A DNA stretch of 62,994 bases, filler included, from Octopus bimaculoides (Eukaryota): assembly GCF_001194135.2 (NCBI RefSeq). It is 6 parts of 6 records of this genome, joined end to end, with 100 filler letters (N's around TTAATTAATTAA, not from the genome) between each part and the next. Parts side by side here need not be neighbours in the genome. Positions count along the whole stretch, not along the records: positions 43,426 to 62,994 come from NC_068995.1; 5 more parts are not named here. One strand, 5' to 3'. Below are positions 49,670 to 62,994 of the stretch, in pieces. Each line of letters starts with the position of its first letter. Within the stretch, counting starts at the first letter, position 1. Below the pieces are notes generated by a model, which was not told the origin of the DNA, did not search any database, and saw only the letters and a list, made by a program, of their open reading frames with translations. Position numbers and translations under genes: made by a program.

Positions 49670-49895
49670 CCAGCTTCCCCTCTCCATACCACCGAGGTTA
49701 TCCAAGGGAAAGGCAAAGGTGCCGATACAGCTTGGCACCAGTGATGTCGCAACTCATTTCTACAGCTGAGTGAACTGGAGCAACGTGAAATAAAGTGTCT
49801 TGCTCAAGCACACAACACGCAGCCCGGTCCGGGAATCAAACTCACAACCTCACGATCGTAAGCTCGACGCTCTAGCCAATGAGCAATGCGCCTTC
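49670..49895 (-). mobile_element. SINE family C, tail variant 2
   Basis: CAGCTGAGTGAACTGGAGCAACGTGAAATAAAGTGTCTTGCTCAAG. Confidence 0.88.
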
Positions 49896-50633
49896 AGTCA
49901 CATACACACACACACAGACACACACACACACATACATATATATACATATATATAAACACACACTTACATTTATAGCGTAGGTATACGTATATATGTGTGT
50001 CTATATGTATATACATTTGTGTGTATAATATTAGTATGCATCATTATTTACGTCCATCCCCCTTACTTAGCACTCCGACAAACATCACTCAATTATGTAA
50101 GTAACACACATAAAAATGATTACTGGGGTCAACATAATCGAATTCAAGGCGTTCCGCCACCATGATCGCATCACAATGACTGAAGCAAAAATAAGAATAT
50201 AAGAATAAAAGAGTAAAAGAATGAAGGTAAACAAGAATACATTTACTGATCTATATTCAGTGCGAAATCAGTTTAGCTGTGTAAACATTGTTAAGGTTAC
50301 TGAGAGAGTGTAGTGTTTACTTTAATTTGTCTGTATTTGAATAAATGATGTAGTCGTAATACACTGGTCAAATTTCGTTGAACAGAAACCATTCTCTCAC
50401 AGACATGGTGCTAGGATTTAAGAAATCAAGAAAAAAATCAAGAAATCGATAGAGATATATACACTAGAAATCAATAAATCAATACTAAGTGAGACATGAA
50501 TAAAGAACTAAAATTTAACCGATGAAAATATAGTCGGCAAGAAAAAAAGAAAGAAAGAAAGAGTTTGGGGGAAAATTAAAAACCGCACGCAAACATACAC
50601 AGATACATACACACACACACATGTACATACGCA

Positions 50634-50677
<44 letters not shown>

Positions 50678-50811
50678 TATGATTTGAAAAAAGTGACCGA
50701 AACAGTTGCTATGAAGTTACTGGTTGGATGGAATATCGAACGCTTCGGACAGCCTTTCCTGAGAGTAAATTTGACCACCACATATAATTCGTACGTATAT
50801 ACATATATATA

Positions 50812-51090
50812 CAGGCGCAGAAGTGGCTGTGTGGTAAGAAGTTTGCTTCTCAACCACATAGTTCCTGGTTCAGTCCCACTACGTGGCACCTTGAGCAAGT
50901 GTCTTCTACTATAGCCTCNNNNNNNNNNCTTGAGCAAGTGTCTTCTACTATAGCCTCGGGCTGACCATAGCCTTTTGAGTGGGTTTGGTAGACGGAAACT
51001 CAATGAAGCCCGTCTTATATATATATATATATGTATGTATGTGTTGTTTGTGCCTGAGTTTGTCCCCACACCATCGTTTGACTGCAGCTA
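50812..51090 (+). mobile_element. SINE B with microsatellite and start of G tail
   Basis: AGGCGCAGAAGTGGCTGTGTGGTAAG..GAAGCCCGTC (TA)n..GTTTGTCCCCACACCATCG. Confidence 0.88.
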
Positions 51091-51381
51091 TTGAAAAGGT
51101 TGTAAGACGCAACGACAATTGTAGAAAAAATAATGAGTGGAAATATTACCGGTGAGTGTGTTAAATAATAAGGCACTAAAAGGGAATGACTCTCCGCAGA
51201 CACAACAGAATACGCATATACATAAATATATATATATTTGTATATCTAAAACACATATGGATATATATTTATATAGTACAATATATAAAATAAAGTGTGC
51301 GTGTATATATATATATATATATATATAATAATATTAGGGATAAAAATCCAAATTTACAGGTAAAAACTCAATTAAATTCAA

Positions 51382-51466
<85 letters not shown>

Positions 51467-52184
51467 CTATTTCGGGATGGTCATTTTTTCTTTTTTTTTT
51501 TACCAAATAAACACACGCACTATATATTTGTTCTTTACTCGTTTATTATTGTTCTAAGTGGAGCTCTTGCTCCACTTACCACGAAAACGAAAAGTGTCGC
51601 TGAAGAGTTCACAGACGTGTGACGAAAGATTTCAAGGGAATGGACGTGTGTGGTATATTTGTGTGCACAGATATGTGTGCGTCTGTGTGTCTTTGTTCGT
51701 TTGTTCGTGTATGCATTGGTATTTGTCCATGAGTGTGCAAATGTGTGTTCCGGAGTATATTATTTAAAGTGTCTTTATATTTTTAAGACATGACGTATAG
51801 GGATTTCATGGAGATTTAACTGACTGTTGTTTCCAGAATTTCAAACTACCCCGTGTAAACTTCTCTCGTTGACTCGTTTGTGAGTGTTGCTATCGTTTTG
51901 GCATTCTATTTAATTATTTCCCGCAGAGTTGTCACCTCCAGTATTATTTTCTCACCCTTGGTGTTGATTTGCCTGTTACTCTGTTTATTTTAATATTATT
52001 ACCGTAAAGACATCTCATCGTATGATTGGCGTTCTGACTCTGATTAGTTTAAAAATAAGTAACAAGAGGGAAAAAAAAATCTTATCGTTCGTTTCAAGGA
52101 ATCAACACTTGTTTAAAGTAATCTTTCAAGGCTGAAGCGTCAACGAAAATCTTGGTAATGAAACAGTCGCAATCCTCGATATAA

Positions 52185-52266
<82 letters not shown>

Positions 52267-52845
52267 AACAATTTTCGAGAAAATTGTGGTCTAACAAAAG
52301 CAGTCTTTTATGTTCACTCTCTCCTTCCTCTATTTATCAATCAGTCAACATATTTATCTATTTATCTATCTACCTATCTACCTATCTACCTATCTCTCTA
52401 TCTATCTAGGTATCTATCTATTTGTCTATCTATCTCGGACAATGTGCCGGCGTCTAACTGGCAGCTACTCGTCTTCCCACGACATATGAACTGATACAAC
52501 ACACACAACCTTCACAGTATAAAAATTAACGCCGACGGACAATAAACACATGCACCACTTTTTAGCAAGTCGCCTGGCAGCTTTTTATATTTTCGTGATA
52601 GCAGATTCAATACAGCGTTGGAGGAAAGAAGCACACAGTGATTAGTTATGTCAGTTACGTTTTTTACATTTTTATATCTAAATCCCACCAGCATCGACTT
52701 TGTCTGTTTTGACCATAAACGGAGTCCATGATATTAGTAACAGCCTAGTCCCGATATGAGAAATTGTTCTCGCTCCGAACGTGATAAGTCTTGTGTTTAT
52801 GTAAAATATAACTTTTTGGTGTGGGAATACAAAGTTGAATGAGCT

Positions 52846-53800
52846 GGTTGAACAGCTAGCATGCCTGATAATATGCCCTGCACTTCGTCCGTTTTTACGT
52901 TACAACTTCGAATTCTGCCGAGGTCGATGTTGCATTTCAGCGCTACGGAAGTAGATAAAATTGGTGCCAGTTGAGCATTGGGGGTCGATAAACTAAGTAC
53001 CAGTGAAGCACTGGACTGCTGGTACTAAATTTCCCGCCGTGTACCTTTGGTAGAAAAAACTATTTTATTTCCACCCTCTTATGTTCCGAGATCTAAATAA
53101 AGTACGACTGAAATAAAGGAGTGGATTTAGTCACCTAAAACCATCCCCAATTTTGTTTCCTTTTGCCCACATGATATTTAGTTTCATTAACGCGGTGAGG
53201 AGGCAGAATCGTCAGCTTGACAGCATTTCTGCGGGGTCTCTTTTCTGAGTTCAAATGCCACCGAGGTCGACTTTGCCATTCATCCTTTCAGAGTCGATAA
53301 AATAAGTAACAGTTGAGAACTGGTGTCGACATAATCCCCTTACACTTCCCTCAAAATTGCTGGCCTTGTGCTAAAATTTCAAACCAACATTTAGCTTCAT
53401 TAAGGCATTGAGTTGGCAGAATCGTTAGCACGCCGGGCGAAATACTTAGCGGTATTTCGTCTGCCGTTACGTTCTGAATTCAAATTCCGCCAAGGTCGTC
53501 TTTGCCTTTCATTCTTTCGGGGTCGGTAAATTAAGTACCAGTTACGCACTGGGGTCGATATAATCGACTTAATCCTTTTGTCTGTCCTTGTTTGTCCCCT
53601 CTGTGTTTAGCCCCTTGTGGGCAATAAAAAAATAAGAATCGCTATCCAAAATGTTTGGCGGGATTTCGTCCGTCTTTAATTCGTAAGTTCAAATTCGACC
53701 GAGGTTGGCTTTGCCTCACGAGCCAATTACCAAAGTCCATGTACTCGACTAATTTCTTCCTTCGAAATTGCTGATTTTGTGCCAGAAGTTGAAACCAATG
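52846..53800 (+). mobile_element. Array of four head-to-tail SINE family A copies
   Basis: Heads at about 52846, 53195, 53402 and 53655. Confidence 0.9.
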
Positions 53801-53984
53801 TTTAGCTACAATCTTTTACATTCTCAATTAGATTACATTATAGTCACTTTCACCTTCCATGTTTTGATAGTCCAAAAAAATAATGTGTGACTAATGCAGT
53901 CAGTTTGATTTTAAAATATTGTATTTACTGTCTCCATGTTCTGCAATAAATATTCTCACGATTTCATTTTTGTCATTTATTCAG

Positions 53985-54050
53985 GAGGAACAGCGTAGTC
54001 TATGACACACTGAATGGCCTCCAAGACTCGCAGGAGAGAGAGGGACGAAA
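53985..54050 (+). CDS. Candidate internal coding exon (RNSVVYDTLNGLQDSQEREGR)
   Basis: Acceptor TTTTTGTCATTTATTCAG; only one of three frames is open; 66 nt to a weak donor AA|GTACCG (phase 2/2). Confidence 0.35.
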
Positions 54051-54087
54051 GTACCGTCAGCCCGGTTACCTGGATCGAATCCTTGCG

Positions 54088-54410
54088 GTGGTGACGATGG
54101 TGGCGGTGGTGATAGTTGTTGTGAAAGGTCTGGTCGTTGGGATTGTTATTATTTTGGTTGGTCTCATTGTTATAGTGGCCGCGGCAGGGGCCACGGCAGC
54201 GGCGGCAGCGGCGGCGATGGCGGCGATGGCGGCGGTGGCGGCGGCGATGGTAGTGGTGGTGGTGGTGGTGCTGCTGCTGCTGCTGATGATGATGATGATG
54301 ATTCTAACAGTGCTAGCCGTGGTTGTTGTGATTGCTATTGTTATTCTTGCCATCATTGTTATTGTGGTGCGGGTAGTGGTTGTGGTGGTGCTGCTGCTGG
54401 GGTGGGGGAG
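54088..54410. repeat. GC-rich mosaic trinucleotide low-complexity tract
   Basis: GTG/GCG/ATG/CTG/GTT runs. Confidence 0.9.
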
Positions 54411-54722
54411 GAGATAATGGCGGAACGTTTTCTTCTTTTCGCTTTGCTTTTTTCCCTTTTTCTTTTGTTTTTTCCCCCTTAAATGAAATCATTGGAAATA
54501 AGATAAATAGAGAAGCTTTTATTTATTTATCATTTACATAATTGATGTAATAAATTATGTGATAACACCTGGAGATAGAGCTTGTTCCTGTGATATATGA
54601 GACAAGGTGAATAATGTTTGCGTGTGTACGTGTGTGTGTACGTGTGCGTGTACGTGCGCTTGTATGAGTGTGTGTGTGTGTACTCATATATATGCGTGTG
54701 GATGTGCGCATATGTATGAGTA

Positions 54723-54834
<112 letters not shown>

Positions 54835-54944
54835 CACATATGTATACATGTATATATACGTGTATACATGTGAGTGTGAGTATTTATTTTGCCTGTATTT
54901 ATGAATATACTTATGAATGTATGTGTAGATAGATAGATAGATAA

Positions 54945-55015
<71 letters not shown>

Positions 55016-55537
55016 CACACACACCTGTATGGAGGGACGTATGGATTAATGAGTGGTCAAGTTGTATCACAATTATGGTGTCATTGCGTCTTAAGAGCTA
55101 ATGATGCATCCATTATTAATACATCAGTCCTATAGTTTCCAATCAAAAGAATTTATTAATATACACCACTTACATAGGACCATGGCGTGAACTGGTGCGA
55201 GAAAGGGAGATCTAAGCCCCTAAGGTATTATTACAGGTTTATGTGTGTCGTGAGACTCAACAGGAACAGACCAAACTTTTAGCTTGATGTACAACACATC
55301 ACGAAGTCTACAACTGCACGCTTTTTATGGCACATAGAAATCTTTCCAAATCATACTTTCAGTTACTTTCACGAACCCTAGATGTGAATAAGACCTGTTT
55401 AATCGCTTTACTTGGTGTATAAGTGAACGATATAATAGCAAATCCACTGAACGGGACCCCGATACGTTGCAGGGCTGAAGGTCATCCTGAAGTTAGGAAG
55501 TGTGTTTTGTCAATTACATCAACCCCAATACCCGATT

Positions 55538-55775
55538 GTGCGTGGCTTAGTGGTTAGGGTGTTGGACTCATGACCGTAAGATTGTGATTTCGATTCCCGG
55601 ACAGGGCGACGCGTTGTGTTCTTGAGCAAAACACTTCATTTCACGTTGCTCCTGTCCACTCAGCTGGCAAAAATGAGTAACCGGCATCACGTCTAGGTGA
55701 GAAAATTTATACGCCATGGAAACCGGGAAACCGGCCCTTAAGAGCCAGCCATGACTCGAGAAGGTTGCCGTTACC
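55538..55775 (+). mobile_element. SINE family C, tail variant 3
   Basis: TGGCTTAGTGGTTAGGGTG..GATTTCGATTCCCGG..CCATGGAAACCGGGAAACCGG. Confidence 0.9.
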
Positions 55776-55907
55776 TTTTATTTACAGTACTTAGTTAATA
55801 CTTTTTATTGTTATTAACAAAGTTAAAGTTGGTCTTTGCTGGATTTTACTGAGGAAGTGCAGAAATGCCGCTAAACGAACAGTTTAGCGCTTATGGAGCA
55901 ACTGAGC

Positions 55908-56312
55908 ATAGAATTATTCTTGAAGATCTGAACATGCCCAAAGTTTGTGCATAGTTTGTTGCCCTGGTGCTCAGTGACGAGCATCCTGGGAACCAAAACA
56001 TTGACAGAGATGGACATCAGAACTGTCTTTCGTCATCTCTACAGTATAAACTTTGATTCCCGTGACTTTTGATTGTTACCCAAGGTGAAAGAGAACATCA
56101 AGGACATTGGTTTTGAAGGTGAAATAGGTATTGACAAGGGACCTTGATACCTTCACCTTGGAAGATTTCCATGGAGCCTTCACGAAGTAGCTGGAGCAGG
56201 AAGTGCATTGAAACAAGAGAATGTTATTTTCAAGGAGATTAGAGTCTTGTAGTTCTTTGGATTTAATAAATGTCTCTTTTATGAAAGTCAAAATTTCTGG
56301 AATGTACTTTGT
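55908..56312 (+). pseudogene. Internally deleted, decayed mariner transposase
   Basis: IILEDLNMPKVCA*FV resembles ILxEDLGMRKVCARWVP; YSINFDSRDF*LLPKVKE resembles YSPDLAPxDFxLF; ends LDTFTLEDFHGAF..KCIE..GD*. Confidence 0.85.
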
Positions 56313-56439
56313 ATATAAATATACACACACGCACACACACACACACACATACATACACACACACGCACGCACACACACACACTTACACACACATACACAC
56401 ATTTATGGATGTATGAATGTATGCATATACATACATTCA

Positions 56440-56480
<41 letters not shown>

Positions 56481-57142
56481 NNNNNNNNNNNNNNNNNNNN
56501 NNNNNNNNNNNNNNNNNNNNNNNNNNNNNNNNNNNNNNNNNNNNNNNNNNNNNNNNNNNNNNNNNNNNNNNNNNNNNNNNNNNNNNNNNNNNNNNNNNNN
56601 NNNNNNNNNNNNNNNNNNNNNNNNNNNNNNNNNNNNNNNNNNNNNNNNNNNNNNNNNNNNNNNNNNNNNNNNNNNNNNNNNNNNNNNNNNNNNNNNNNNN
56701 NNNNNNNNNNNNNNNNNNNNNNNNNNNNNNNNNNNNNNNNNNNNNNNNNNNNNNNNNNNNNNNNNNNNNNNNNNNNNNNNNNNNNNNNNNNNNNNNNNNN
56801 NNNNNNNNNNNNNNNNNNNNNNNNNNNNNNNNNNNNNNNNNNNNNNNNNNNNNNNNNNNNNNNNNNNNNNNNNNNNNNNNNNNNNNNNNNNNNNNNNNNN
56901 NNNNNNNNNNNNNNNNNNNNNNNNNNNNNNNNNNNNNNNNNNNNNNNNNNNNNNNNNNNNNNNNNNNNNNNNNNNNNNNNNNNNNNNNNNNNNNNNNNNN
57001 NNNNNNNNNNNNNNNNNNNNNNNNNNNNNNNNNNNNNNNNNNNNNNNNNNNNNTGAAATCCAAGATGGTGTAGACAACAATTACATTGGGTCGACCAATA
57101 TTTCCTTAAATACTAACCACAGTAAAATTTATTATCACTTTT

Positions 57143-57340
57143 AAGGTGGTGAGCTGGCAGAATTGTTAACACGCCGGGCAAAATACTAAACGGCATTCCA
57201 TTGGTCGATTTGGCTCAAATTAGGCTGAGGTCGACTTTGCCTTACGTCCATTCGGGATCTACAAAATAAGTACCAGTTGAGCACTGGGATAGATTTAGTC
57301 GTCTATCGTCTCCCCAAATTATCAGACCTTGAGCCTTCAA
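57143..57340 (+). mobile_element. SINE family A
   Basis: AAGGTGGTGAGCTGGCAGAATTGTTAACACGCCGGGC..GAGGTCGACTTTGCC. Confidence 0.88.
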
Positions 57341-58231
57341 GGTCTGATAATAAGGGTTATTACGACTGTAATAACTAAGCTCATCCGCATTCTCGTAGAG
57401 TTAGATATTTTAGTCAATTTACTGACTGCCACATAGCCTGAGCACACCAGTAGCGTTGAAACTACGAAGTCACTTTCATCCATTTATTATAAGGAACAAT
57501 ACAAACATATTAAGGTCTTTATTAAATTAATATTCCTTGTTTTTACCTACTAAAACCAACTTCTTTATTACATATATATGTATGTGCTTGTGATGGTAGT
57601 CTCTTGTAGATATATATATATATATANNNNNNNNNNNNNNNNNNNNNNNNNNNNNNNNNNNNNNNNNNNNNNNNNNNNNNNNNNNNNNNNACGGGCTTCT
57701 TTCAGTTTCTGTCAACCAAATCCACTCACAAGGCTTTGGTCAGCCCGAGGCTAGAGTAGAAGACACACCCAAGTTTCCACGCAGTGGAACTGAACCCAGA
57801 ACCATGTGGATAGGAAACAAGCTTCTTATCACACAGCCACGCCATAAATTTTTTTTATTTTTTTTTTTTACTTCGGACCTAAATGTTCCATACAGCATCG
57901 TACAAGTACAATCGTCACTACAGAAACGGCTCGGGTGATAATATCGAATTTATACGTTCGGCTATGTTACTTAGTTACCAAACAATTTCATATATCGTCC
58001 TGTAAAGAAATATGTTTAATTTCTCCCAAGAATAATCATGGGATTGCTGCATTCGTTGCGTTCTGTATTTATGTAATTGGTCTTCTAAGTTAATTGAATT
58101 CTACTGGTAGCTTCTCATTAGAAATCTTTCTTAATATCTCGATATCAATGTTTCTCTATGCTATAGGAGCGCAGAGAGTTCGATATTTGTTCGCAGTAAG
58201 TTATTTTGTATTCTTATGCAGTTGTTAGTTT

Positions 58232-58430
58232 GGGCGCATGACCTAATGGTAAACGTGCTGTACTCAGGACTGTGAGACCGTGGTTTGAATTCCGGGACCG
58301 AATGGTGCATTGAGCTATTGCGCAACACACTTCATCTCACGTTGTTCTGGGACCACATCGGCAATTGTGACACACCTTGTACCTGTTCAAGCAACGTCGA
58401 TTTGATGGAGGGCTTCACAAATGTACAGTA
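58232..58430 (+). mobile_element. SINE family C-related, tail variant 4
   Basis: tRNA head with GTTTGAATTCC; CACTTCATCTCACGTTG domain. Confidence 0.75.
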
Positions 58431-58649
58431 CAGACATTTGATTATTATAAGCAAATCATTTGCGAAGGTTGTTCAGTAAGAAATTGCAGAATAGTCTTCC
58501 TTTGATTACAAGAGACTACCGTCACATACATAAATATGCATATTACATATGGAATTACAAATATTACCAAATATTAGTTTTGCATGTAAATAAGATTACA
58601 TCAGATTTCTTATATATATACATATTTATTCATCTCGTTCTGGTCTAAC

Positions 58650-58872
58650 AACCCTCCATGTTTGTTTTCGTTCGGTTTTCTTGTATGCCTCCACTGTCCT
58701 ATTTTTGTTCTGAACTTTGACCCTCCATAGATAGACAGCCGACAACTGATGAAAGGTCCTTTCTCTGTTTGCTTTACTTGTTTTCCATTTTTTTTTCTTT
58801 CGTTGTTTGCGTATTCAACTCGTTTGTTTTCGTATTTCATGTTGTTTACGCAGTTGGTGACGTCCTGTACCC
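58650..58872 (+). mobile_element. Interspersed repeat family H, copy 2
   Basis: Matches the reverse complement of 1706-1860. Confidence 0.6.
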
Positions 58873-60116
58873 ATATAAACATATATATTATATATATATA
58901 TATNNNNNNNNNNNNNNNNNNNNNNNNNNNNNNNNNNNNNNNNNNNNNNNNNNNNNNNNNNNNNNNNNNNNNNNNNNNNNNNNNNNNNNNNNNNNNNNNN
59001 NNNNNNNNNNNNNNNNNNNNNNNNNNNNNNNNNNNNNNNNNNNNNNNNNNNNNNNNNNNNNNNNNNNNNNNNNNNNNNNNNNNNNNNNNNNNNNNNNNNN
59101 NNNNNNNNNNNNNNNNNNNNNNNNNNNNNNNNNNNNNNNNNNNNNNNNNNNNNNNNNNNNNNNNNNNNNNNNNNNNNNNNNNNNNNNNNNNNNNNNNNNN
59201 NNNNNNNNNNNNNNNNNNNNNNNNNNNNNNNNNNNNNNNNNNNNNNNNNNNNNNNNNNNNNNNNNNNNNNNNNNNNNNNNNNNNNNNNNNNNNNNNNNNN
59301 NNNNNNNNNNNNNNNNNNNNNNNNNNNNNNNNNNNNNNNNNNNNNNNNNNNNNNNNNNNNNNNNNNNNNNNNNNNNNNNNNNNNNNNNNNNNNNNNNNNN
59401 NNNNNNNNNNNNNNNNNNNNNNNNNNNNNNNNNNNNNNNNNNNNNNNNNNNNNNNNNNNNNNNNNNNNNNNNNNNNNNNNNNNNNNNNNNNNNNNNNNNN
59501 NNNNNNNNNNNNNNNNNNNNNNNNNNNNNNNNNNNNNNNNNNNNNNNNNNNNNNNNNNNNNNNNNNNNNNNNNNNNNNNNNNNNNNNNNNNNNNNNNNNN
59601 NNNNNNNNNNNNNNNNNNNNNNNNNNNNNNNNNNNNNNNNNNNNNNNNNNNNNNNNNNNNNNNNNNNNNNNNNNNNNNNNNNNNNNNNNNNNNNNNNNNN
59701 NNNNNNNNNNNNNNNNNNNNNNNNNNNNNNNNNNNNNNNNNNNNNNNNNNNNNNNNNNNNNNNNNNNNNNNNNNNNNNNNNNNNNNNNNNNNNNNNNNNN
59801 NNNNNNNNNNNNNGGGAGGGTGAAATTTTCTGTTCAGATGTTAATTCGGTAGAATTCAACTTGAGCTGACTCCGAAATCTTTATTTTTATTTTTATTTTT
59901 ATTTGTTTTATTTATATATTTTTGTTCGTTCTTTTTTTTATCGTTGTTATTTTGTTTGTTTGTTTGTTTGTTTTTTTGTATTTGTTTCTTTTCTTTTTGT
60001 TCTAATACTTCTTAAAACAAGTCAATGATTCTTAAAAATTGGCTTACAACTTAACTGCTTGTGCCTTCGAAATTTACTTTGGCTTAAAGCGATAAACGAC
60101 GATATAGCTTTGTGGA

Positions 60117-60365
60117 GATGATGCTGATGATGATGATGATAATGATGATGATGATGATGATGATGACGGTGATGATGATGATGATGATGACGGCGCTTAC
60201 ATTAATGCTGACGTTCGTAGTGGGAAGAGGACGTCCACAACAACGCCGCCGCCGCCGCCGTCGCTGTCCATGATGATGGTGTTCGTGGTGATGGTGATGA
60301 TGATGATGATGACGATGATGATGATGATGATGATGATGATGGGGGAGGAGGGTCGGCGGCAGCAT
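60117..60365. repeat. (GAT)n/(GCC)n mosaic tract with a unique core
   Basis: Direct inspection. Confidence 0.85.
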
Positions 60366-60574
60366 CTGCAAATATTCTACTTGGAAACACATGTATAAGA
60401 GAATCTAAGAAATTTATTAAAATGTACTACAAATTAAATTAAATATCGAAAAACGGAAAATTCATGTAACAAATGCTCAAGAAATTTAATTTCCTATCCT
60501 ATATTCACTGATTTCCATCTACTACTACCACCACCACAACTACTGCTGCTGCTTCTACTACTACTATTTATTAC

Positions 60575-60639
<65 letters not shown>

Positions 60640-60805
60640 CTTTTCTTGTTCTGTCTTGTATTTTTNNNNNNNNNNNNNNNNNNNNNNNNNNNNNNNNNNN
60701 NNNNNNNNNNNNNNNNNNNNNNNNNNNNNNNNNNNNNNNNNNNNNNNNNNNNNNNNNNNNNNNNNNNNNNNNNNNNNNNNNNNNNNNNNNNNNNNNNNNN
60801 NNNNN

Positions 60806-60851
<46 letters not shown>

Positions 60852-61111
60852 GTATATATACATACATATGTATATATATATGTATATATATACATATATA
60901 TATATATGTATATGTATATGTATGTATATATATGTATCTATGTATGTGTGTATGTATATGTATATATATGTATGTGCCTATTCATCCTTCTATCTTGCCA
61001 CCCTTTTTTTTTTTCGCCTTATTAATCTATCTTTCTATTTGGTTTTTCTCTCCTTCGATTTTTTTTTTGTATTTATTTGGTTCTGGTTATTTACATATTT
61101 CTTTGTTTTAG

Positions 61112-61160
61112 CATCAACATCGTAGGTTTCTTTCAATGGTGCGGCTGGGATGAGCAGAAG
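61112..61160 (+). CDS. Candidate internal coding exon ([16 protein letters not shown])
   Basis: Strong acceptor TATTTCTTTGTTTTAG, strong donor AAG|GTAAGA, 49 nt, open frame with phase 2 in and phase 0 out. Confidence 0.45.
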
Positions 61161-62217
61161 GTAAGAGAGAAGGTTCGAGAAATGCAATGAATTCAAACGT
61201 TTTACGCTAGCATCAATCAGTAAAAGTATTCCACAGAATACCGGAAATTGAAGTTAAGCAGTGGGAGAAGGCAAGTGAAGAGAATGTATCTGTTGGCCGC
61301 TGGCGGCGGGCAATGCTTGTCTTCTGTGAAAACAGCAATCTTGAAAGAAGAGGAGAAAAGTGAGAGATGGCGGGTGGGGAGAATATTTGAACTAAGCTTT
61401 TTCCGCTAACACTGCCGATAAATCGAAATATCTCAGTAAACAAAATTAGCAGCCAACTTAAGTTTTAATTTGCACATCCGTATAAGACCGAAGAAATTAA
61501 GTTAGATGAAGTAAATAGCGCACGAAAAGCGTTCGTTTGTTCGTAGTCTTCATAAAACACGAACTGTGCTGTGAGAAAAGACTCGTTTCTGATGCATTAA
61601 TTGGATGTGCACAGCATAAAAATTCACACAAGGATGATGCTAATATGGACGACACACCATCCCACAAATAAAAAGAAGGGGACTTGTAATAAAATAGCAA
61701 GAGATAAAAACATTACACTTGATGAAAGATTGGATTCTTCTGAGGGAAGAAAAAAAAAATGGTGGCTAAGAAATACAAATAAAATAAAAAATAAAATAAA
61801 AAATACATAAAAAAGAAAAAAATCGTGATTTTACGATTTCATTTCCTATTACTTCTTGTAAATATCGCTTTTTTTTTTGTCGGTTTTCTTTTTATTTTTC
61901 AATAGATTCAATTTTTTTTTCTATATTTTTTCCTTCCTCTTTGCTTCAGCTGAGTTCAACTCTAGCCAATTTTCCGTTTCTTACTAATATCGTATTTTTA
62001 TTCACCAATGCTTTAATCTTCAACTGTTTTCCTTACTTAACAAGACTATTTTTCGTATTTTCCATTTTTTTAATGTTCTGCTATATCATTTTTTATTTTC
62101 TATTTGTGGGTTTTTAAGCGCCATACTTCACAGTGATGACACAACACTACTAGCGTTTTATAATTTACTGTATATGCATACATAAACGTATATAAATACA
62201 CAGACACACACACACAG

Positions 62218-62254
<37 letters not shown>

Positions 62255-62879
62255 ATCAACACCCGGTTCAGCTCTAATTTAGATAATACTCTTTACACAA
62301 CTTCCGACGTGGTTCAGCATTTCTCTACCGACTGAAAAGAATCTTCAATTTTATACGATGGATGATAAGCGAGTTAGTATAGTTAATCGGCTGTAAGCAA
62401 TTTCATTTAGATGGTGATGTGCGATCAAATGAAAGGAAGGCAAAACAAAAATGGAGGAAGAAAGTGAGAGAGACACAGAGAGACACAGAGATAGAGACGG
62501 AGAGAGAGAGGTGGACAGAATGAGTGAGGAAGAAAGAGTGATCAGAAAGTATAGTATCTCCATTTGTCTTTAGATATTTCAATAAATAGACGAAAACATT
62601 GAGGGATTAAATTTATTTTTCATCTGGAAAAGAACTGGCACTTTCGTGATTTTACTTTCTACATTTTATTTTCTTTAAGATATCGTTAGGCTTCGCTATG
62701 TATGTATGTATGTATGTATGTGTGTATGTGTGTATGTATGTATGTATCTATGTGTATGTGTGTGCGTTTGTACGTATGTATGTATCTATCTATCTATCTA
62801 TTTATCTATCTATGTGTGCACGTATGTATATACGGATGGGTGCATGCTTGCAAGTATCTACGTATTTGTGAAAATATAC

Positions 62880-62913
62880 ATATCTATGTATATATACTAT
62901 ATATATACACCTG

Positions 62914-62994
<81 letters not shown>
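62880..62994. repeat. (TA)n microsatellite
   Basis: Direct inspection. Many similar (TA)n, (CA)n and (TG)n tracts flank the gaps throughout. Confidence 0.95.

Noticed and set aside
50890-50957. 29-bp direct duplication CTTGAGCAAGTGTCTTCTACTATAGCCTC around 10 N
   Set aside because: An unmerged contig overlap within one SINE B copy.
51580-51599. 20-nt minus-strand microexon-like segment
   Set aside because: Not a multiple of 3. It illustrates the background rate of pseudo-microexons.
51600-51627. Hammerhead-like core CTGAAGA-G..stem II..C-GAAA
   Set aside because: The core and a bulged stem II fit, but I could not form stems I and III with a UH cleavage site in any topology.
54088-54417. Hydrophobic 109-aa ORF resembling a membrane protein
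   Set aside because: A by-product of GTG/GTT/GCG triplet tracts, where stops are inherently rare.

Overview
Eukaryotic, AT-rich, microsatellite-dense draft sequence with about 8 kb of N in about 23 gaps. The SINE families and the N-flanked TTAATTAATTAA gap linkers suggest an octopod cephalopod, probably an Octopus draft assembly (inference from recall, not a database search). No complete protein-coding gene can be recognised. The long ORFs in the track are artefacts of N-runs and microsatellites. The window is mostly three tRNA-derived SINE families, several MITE or foldback elements (hAT-like, Merlin-like, long palindromes), and decayed LINE, mariner and Helitron-like pieces. The best-supported observations are: (1) a 164-bp MITE with a 9-bp TSD and internal TTAGGG repeats, nested in another MITE family that itself lands in SINEs; (2) a sharply bounded 2-kb CpG-depleted block whose SINE copy shows CpG decay relative to a sister copy; (3) several long near-perfect hairpins; (4) a dispersed ~70-80-bp repeat carrying a MEF2-like core; (5) a promoter-like CRE/CCAAT/TATA/Inr region at 21.0-21.2 kb and three phase-compatible small + strand exons (21.4, 54.0, 61.1 kb) that could encode the N-terminus of an unidentified long-intron gene. 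All gene models are hypotheses. Repeat coordinates are by eye, accurate to roughly 10 bp unless TSDs are given.
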